Of a stretch of DNA of 64,000 nucleotides, positions 57,715 to 64,000 are shown in pieces. A program made the translations under genes and the position numbers. Location of the stretch: assembly GCA_052327205.1 (NCBI GenBank), contig CM126227.1, positions 7,378,001 to 7,442,000 of the forward strand. The letters are read 5' to 3'. Within the stretch, counting starts at the first letter, position 1, and each line of letters starts with the position of its first letter. Origin of the DNA: Somniosus microcephalus (lineage: Eukaryota). Below the pieces are notes generated by a model. The model made no database searches. It was not told the origin of the DNA and saw nothing but the letters and a program-made list of their open reading frames with translations.

Positions 57715-57983
57715 GAAATATGTAACGAGGGCCAGCGCTGTGGTGACTTGGCTTTCCTGCTTTTACGCTCGCACAGCACTTGGGCTAACTTGCAGTGAGA
57801 CCTTTAAGGTGCTGCTGTTGCCACATCAACTGAGACAGGCGGCACTGAGGAATTTCTGAGCCCAAAGAGAGTGGCGTCTTTTACGCAGCTGGGAGCAGCT
57901 CTGTGCGGCAATTTCTTTTTGCTTCAGACTGGGAGATTTCACCCACCCCCGCCTCACAGTGAGGTTTCCTGAATATCAGAGTA

Positions 57984-58478
57984 GTCAGCCATGGCTCCGT
58001 TGGTAGCACCCTCCCCTCTGAGTCAGATGGTTGTGGCTTCAAGTCCCACTCCAGAGACGTGAGCACAAAAATCTAGGCTGACACTCCAGTGCAATACGGA
58101 GGGAGTGTCACAGTGTTAGAGGTGTAGTACTGAGGGAGTGCTGCACTGTTGGAGGTGCCATCTTTCAGATGACACATTAAACTGAGGCTCCGTCTGCCCT
58201 CTTAGGTTGATGTAAAAGATCCCATGGCACTATTTTGAAGAAGAGCAGGGGAATTCTCCCCATTGTCCTGGCCAATATTTATCCCTCAATCAGCATCACT
58301 AAAAACATAATCTGGTCATTATCACAGTGCTGTTTGTGGGAGCTTGCTGTGCGCAAATTGGCTGGTGTGTTTCCTACATTACAACAGTGACTACACTACA
58401 AAAAAAAAGCACTTCATTGGCTATAAAGCGCTTTGGGACATCTGGTTGTGAAAGGAACTATAGAACTGCAAGCCTTTC
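57984..58478 (+). mobile_element. SacSINE1-like SINE with two copies of the 33-bp internal unit
   Basis: Head, core and tail as above. Confidence 0.8.
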
Positions 58479-58760
58479 TATCCTTATCTAACTAAAATCT
58501 GTCAATCTCAGTTTTGGAATTTTTAATTGACCCCCAGCCTCAACAGCATTTTGAGGGAGTGTTCCAGATTTCCACTACCCTTTGTGGGAAGAAGGTGCTT
58601 CCTGACATCACCCATGAATGACCTCGCTCTAATTTTAAGGCCTCTTCTGTGTAACACGGCCTACCTTTGACACCAGAGCTTTTCCCTGACTTTAAAATAA
58701 AGGAACATTTCCCCCAATCCAGTGCCCATCCTCCAACATGCCAACACATGCTTGATACAA

Positions 58761-59361
58761 GCACAAGGATGTCTTGCTGCAGTTGCACAGGGCCTTGGTG
58801 AGACCACACCTTGAGTATTGTGTGCAGTTTTGGTCGCCTTATCTGAGGAAGGATGTTCTTGCCATGGAGGGAGTGCAGCGAAGATTCACCAGGCTGATAC
58901 CTGGGATGGCAGGAATGACGTATGAGGAGAGATTGGGTCGATTGGGCTTATACTCGCTGGAGTTTAGAAGAATGAGAGGGGATCTCATTGAAACTTATAA
59001 AATTCTAACAGGACTAAGACTAGATGCAGGAAGGATGTTCCCGATGGCCGGGGAGTCCAGAACCAGGGGTCACAGTCTAAGGATAAGGGGGTAGGCCATT
59101 TAGGACAGAGATGAGGAGGAATTTCTTCACCCAGAGAGTGGTGAACCTGTGGAATTCTCTACCACAGAAGGCAGTGGAGGCCAATTCATTAAATATATTC
59201 AAGAAGGAGTTGGATGTATTTCTTAAGGCTAAAGGGATCAAGGGATATGGGGAGAAGGCAGGGACCGGGTACTGAATTTGGATGATCAGCCATGATCGCA
59301 TTGAATGGCGGAGCAGGCTTGAGGGGCCGAATGGCCTACTCCTGCTCCTATCTTCTATGTT
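58761..59361 (+). mobile_element. Young CR1 LINE, 5'-truncated
   Basis: [40 protein letters not shown]... Confidence 0.93.
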
Positions 59362-60528
59362 TGCCCCTACCTGACCAAGTCAGTAATCACACAATTGAAT
59401 AAATCAGCACCAAGTGAGTGCACCTTTTCCTGTATGACTCTAAACTCGTAGAATTAGTATTATACCGCACAGAAGGAGCGCATTCGGCCCATCGTGCCTG
59501 TGCTGGCTCTTTGAAAGAGCTCTCCAATTAGTCCCACTGCCCTGTCCTTTCCCCACAGTCCTGCAAATTTTTCCCCTTCAAGTATCCAAGAACTCCATGA
59601 ATAACAAAATGCAACATCAGTACACATTCTATTTTACAATAAACTCCAACATAAACACAAGCCAACATACTCTTTCCAAACAATGCTTCCCCTGGGTGGC
59701 TACACAAGTCTTTCTATCATCCATTCCATCCCAGGTACAATCCAAGGGCTGTATTGTGAGAGATGGTTGGCTGCTCATAGGATTACATAGGATATACAAC
59801 ACAAACAGGCCATTCGGCCCAGCCAGTCCATACCAGCGATTATGTTCCACTCGAGCCTCCTCTAATCCTTCCTCATCTAACTCTTAGCATAACCCTCTAT
59901 TCCCTTCTCCCTCATACACTTATCTAGTTTCCCCTTAAATGCATCTACACTATTCGCCTCAACTACTCCCTGTGGTAGCAAATTCTACGTTCTCACCACT
60001 CTCTGGGTACAGAGTTTCTTCTGAATTCCCTACTGTATTTTTTTGGTGATTATCTTATATTGATGGCCTCTAGTTTTGCTCTTCCCCACAAGTGGAAACA
60101 CTCTTTCTGTGTCTACTCTTATCAAAACCTTTCATAATCCTAAAGTCCCCTATTAGGGTCATGGGACTGAGGTGGTCCTTCCCTTAGGGTAGCTGGCTCC
60201 ATCTTTGGAAGCCCAACTCACCCATTACTCCTGTTTTCACTGACCAGCCTGGAACCGCCTCCATTTTAAAATTCTCATCCTTGGTTTCAAATCCCTCCAT
60301 GGTCTCACCCGTTCCTATCTCTGTAACCTCCTCCAGCCCTACAACCCTCTGAGATCTCTGCGCTCCTCCAATTCTGGCCTCTTGCACATCCCTGATTTTC
60401 ATCGCTCCATCATTGGCGGCCGTGCCTTCAGCTGACTGCTAACCAAAATGAGAGTGCGTGGAAGGCAACCTCTTGACATGAGTAGAAAATTGGTTAGGAG
60501 GTAAGAGACAGAGAGCCAGGATACTGGG

Positions 60529-60752
60529 TGACGTAAGAAAACTACTAGGCACTTGGTCTAAGCGTTAAACAAAGCTTTAATCAACTGTTTTACAACGTGG
60601 AGGTCTAGTTGTGTCCTTCACTAGTTCCTGTTAAGAATGTCCTGCACAAGCTGGGCCCGTGCCCAAGTATTTATAACTCTCCCTGGACAGCGCCACCCGT
60701 AGGGCACTCAGTATTATTTCATAAGTCTTTCATGAATGACTGATTCATGTCA
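60529..60752 (-). mobile_element. Solo LTR (224 bp) inserted in a CR1 fragment
   Basis: TG...CA ends (TGACGT/ATGTCA) and 5-bp TSD CTGGG. On the minus strand TATAAATA precedes ATTAAA. Excision restores the CR1 RT peptide RILGMYTNWQDVTNGVPQGSVLG. Confidence 0.85.
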
Positions 60753-60879
60753 CTGGGTATGTACACAAATTGGCAGGATGTGACTAATGGTGTCCCCCAG
60801 GGATCTGTACTGGGGGACACCATTCGTGCCAGATTCAAGGGGCTGAATGGCCTACTACTGTTCCTATGTTCCTTCACGT

Positions 60880-61380
60880 GGAGCCCATTTTACAGGTGTA
60901 AAACAGGTGCCATAGCATCCAATATGGTGGGTGGCGTTCATGTCCACCTGCTGAGCTGGACGTGCCACCTGTCATATTGGAATAGGCATCAAAAGAGGCG
61001 CGCAATGTCCATTCCTGAAACTTGCATTAGTCCAGGAAAACCCGGTCTACATGCGGGCTAACTAGTGGTCCTTAAAGGGCCGCGACCACCAAGGTCATTA
61101 AAATAAATACTTACTTGACTAGAGACAGGAAGTGCAGGAGTGCTCCTCCTCATCCCACACTAAAACCATGGATCGCTGCCAGCCACAGCTCGCACCTCCT
61201 CCCGATCGTCGTCTCGACCCTCCCTCTCCCGGTCGATGCCCCCTTCTCCCAAGAGGTGCCTGACAGCAGCTGCCGGCGACGCAGTGGACCAAAGTTCCAA
61301 TGGTCTTGGCCAGCAACCTGCCTGGGCTTGCCGAGCGGGTGTCCACAGCTCTGATGTAAATGAGGCCCGAGGCCCAATAT
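60880..61380 (-). mobile_element. Harbinger-like element fragment, homologous to 27655-28222
   Basis: ctgatgtaaatgaggcccgaggcccaatat is the near-exact reverse complement of 27661-27690; there is also similarity near 60885. Confidence 0.55.
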
Positions 61381-61424
61381 CAGGTGAGCCAATTTCTCGG
61401 CTAGCATGGTGTGGAAGCCGCTAT

Positions 61425-62423
61425 GTCAGCCATGGCTCAGTTGGCAGCACTCTCGCCTCCGAGTCAGAAGATGTGGGTTCAAGTCTCACTCCAGAGACTT
61501 GAGCACAAAAATCTAGGCTGACACTACAGTGCAGTGCTGAGGGAGTGCTGCACTGTCGGAGGGGCAGTACTGAGGGGGCGCCGCACTGTCGGAGGGGCAG
61601 TACTGAGGGAGCGCCGCACTGTCGGAGGGGCAGTACTGAGGGAGCGCCGCACTGTCGGAGGGGCAGTACTGAGGGAGCGCCGCACTGTCGGAGGGGCAGT
61701 ACTGAGGGAGCGCCGCACTGTCGGAGGGGCAGTACTGAGGGAGCGCCGCACTGTCGGAGGGGCAGTACTGAGGGAGCGCCGCACTGTCGGAGGGGCAGTA
61801 CTGAGGGAGCGCCGCACTGTCGGAGGGGCAGTACTGAGGGAGCGCCGCACTGTCGGAGGGGCAGTACTGAGGGAGCGCCGCACTGTCGGAGGGGCAGTAC
61901 TGAGGGAGCGCCGCCCTGTCGGAGGGGCAGTACTGAGGGAGCGCCGCCCTGTCGGAGGGGCAGTACTGAGGGAGCGCCGCCCTGTCGGAGGGGCAGTACT
62001 GAGGGAGCGCCGCACTGTCGGAGGGGCAGTACTGAGGGAGCGCCGCCCTGTCGGAGGGTCAGTACTGAAGGAGCGCCGCACTGTCGGAGGGGCCATCTTT
62101 CGGATGCACCGTCAAACCGAGGCCCCGTCTGCTCTCTCAGGTGGACGTAAAAGATCCTACGGCACTATTTTGAATAAGAGCAGGAGAGTTCTCCCTGGTG
62201 TCCTGGCCAATATTTCTCTCTCAATCAACATCACTAAAACACATTATCTGGTCATTATCATATTACTGTTTGTGGGAGCTTGCTGTGCGCAAATTGGCTG
62301 CCACGTTTCCTACATTACAACAGTGACTACACTTCAAAAGTACTTCATTGGCTGTAAAGCACTTGGGGACGTCCCGTGGCCGTGAAAGGCGCTATAAAAA
62401 TGCAAGTCTTTCTTCTTTCTTTC
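61425..62423 (+). mobile_element. SacSINE1-like SINE expanded by an internal minisatellite
   Basis: Normal head at 61425-61530 and normal core/tail at 62093-62423, flanking the array. Confidence 0.85.
61532..62092. repeat. 33-bp minisatellite, about 17 copies (cagtactgagggagcgccgcactgtcggagggg)
   Basis: Directly visible; gives the 11-aa periodic ORFs (GGAVLRERRTV). Confidence 0.97.
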
Positions 62424-63014
62424 TCCCCTATTGCTGTTAGAGCTGCAGTCTGTGCTTCATTGGAGGTGGAAGCACTAACTGGTCCCAGGCCGCTTCTTAG
62501 CTGGGATCTGCTGTAGGATTCGGTGAAGATGTCACGCGCTCCATTAGTGCCTGCAATGAAGAGAAACCTTCCCTGACGTTGCTGTAGACTCGAAGGTCAC
62601 ACCTTTCAGTTGCTTGACGTCCTGGGAGACAGACCTCAGCACGTAGGTGTGATGTTCCTCAAACATCCTTCTCGTCAGGCGACTACCCATGGGATCTGGT
62701 TCCCACGATTCTGACAGCTTGTGCAGCCTTGCCCTCGATCTTTGCTGGGAAGGTGGCACATCTTCACCCATTTCCGACTCCTCTGTCTCCCTTGTGCTCT
62801 GTGTATCATCCCATGTCACATCCTCACAAACGCCATCTAATTCCCTCCCGGTTCAAGTATTTGAGCTTGTGCATGGGAGTGAAGAGTCATGCAGGAGTTG
62901 AGGCAAAGGAACAGTGGGCAGGAGGTCTCTGTAGGAACTCAAGGGTGGGCTGGGGTACGACTTCATCCATCTCTTTCCTCATCATCTTCTTCGTCTTCCT
63001 CATCATGATAGTTC

Positions 63015-64000
63015 ACATAGACATAGAAACATAGAAGATAGGAGCAGGAGTAGGCCATTCGGCCCCTCTAGCCTGCTCCGCCATTCAATGCGATCATGGT
63101 TGATCATCCAAATTCAGTACCCAGTCCCTGCTTTCTCCCCATAGCCCTTGATCCCCTTAGCCTTAAGAAATATATCTAACTCCTTCTTGAATATATTTAA
63201 TGAATTGGCCTCAACTGTCTTCTGTGATAGATAATTCCACAGGTTCACCACTCTCTGGGTGAAGAAATTCCTCCTCATCTCTGTCCTAAATGGCTTACCC
63301 CTTATCCTTAGACTGTGACCCCTGGTTCTGGACTCCCCGGCCATCGGGAACATCCTTCCTGCATCTATTCTGTCTAGTCCTGTTAGAATTTTATAAGTTT
63401 CAATGAGATCCCCTCTCATTCTTCTAAACTCTAGCGAATATAAGCCTAATCGACCCAATCTCTCTTCATACGTCATTCCTGCCATCCCAGGTATCAGTCT
63501 GGTGAATCTTCGCTGCACTCCCTTCATGGCAAGAACATCCTTCCTCAGATAAGGCGACCAAAACTACACACAATACTCAAGGTGTGGTCTCACCAAGGTT
63601 CTGTACAACTGCAGCAAGACATCCTTGCTCCTGTACTCGAATCCTCTCGCTATGAAGGCCAACATACCATTTGCCCTCTTAGCCGCCTGCTGCACCTGCA
63701 TGCTTACCTTCAGTGACTGGTGCACAAGGACACCCAGGTCTTGTTGCACTTCCCCTTCTCCCAATCTATTGCCGTTCAGATAATAATCTGTCTTTCTGTT
63801 CTTGCCACCAAAGTGGATAACCTCACATTTATCCACATTATACTGCATCTGCCATGCATCTGCCCAATCACCCAACCTGTCCAAATCGTACTGGAGTTTC
63901 TCTGCATCCTCCTCACAGCACACATGCCCACCCAGCTTTGTGTCGTCTGCAAACTTGGAGATATTACATCTAGTTCCCTCGTCTAGATCATTAATATATA
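63015..64000 (-). mobile_element. Young CR1 LINE ORF2 3' part; runs off the window end
   Basis: LQYDLDRLGDWADAWQMQYNVDKCEVIHFG...RPHLEYCV*(CAG>TAG)...[11 protein letters not shown]; 3' (ttctatgt)-like tail. Confidence 0.95.

Noticed and set aside
61524-62385. Long ORFs of 190-283 aa
   Set aside because: Translations of the 33-bp minisatellite inside a SINE
56660-64000. ATP5MG, the downstream neighbour of UBE4A in mammals
   Set aside because: No recognisable exon; the region is explained by repeats

Overview
Vertebrate genomic DNA, most likely from a cartilaginous fish (shark), judged from SacSINE1/Deu-type SINEs, abundant CR1/HER1-like LINE ends and Penelope-like elements. The window holds the complete coding region of one gene, UBE4A (U-box E3/E4 ubiquitin ligase, Ufd2 family), on the + strand: 19 coding exons from ATG 6056 to TAG 50400. 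All introns are GT-AG and the phases are consistent. The CDS is 3228 nt by manual assembly, about 1075 aa. The promoter and non-coding exon 1 are not recognisable and probably lie upstream of the window. A repeat-poor stretch of about 6.2 kb after the stop codon, ending in poly(A) signal clusters near 56.1 and 56.6 kb, is probably a long 3'UTR. Introns and the downstream region are packed with transposon relics: CR1, L2 and HERO-like LINEs, SINEs, Penelope-like elements, Tigger/pogo-like, hAT and PIF/Harbinger-like MITEs and foldbacks, and one solo LTR. The most notable non-genic signals are: minimal hammerhead-ribozyme-like motifs in the Penelope termini, all antisense to the gene; a TA-flanked MITE family whose internal 29-bp minisatellite differs between copies and overlaps an RFX X-box-like core; a CpG-rich Harbinger MITE with a CRE palindrome and X-box next to an exon; a local inverted triplication; and a MITE hairpin in the putative 3'UTR. 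I do not see a clearly new multi-gene system. Most long ORFs in the track are repeat artefacts. Repeat family names come from recognition by eye, not from database searches.
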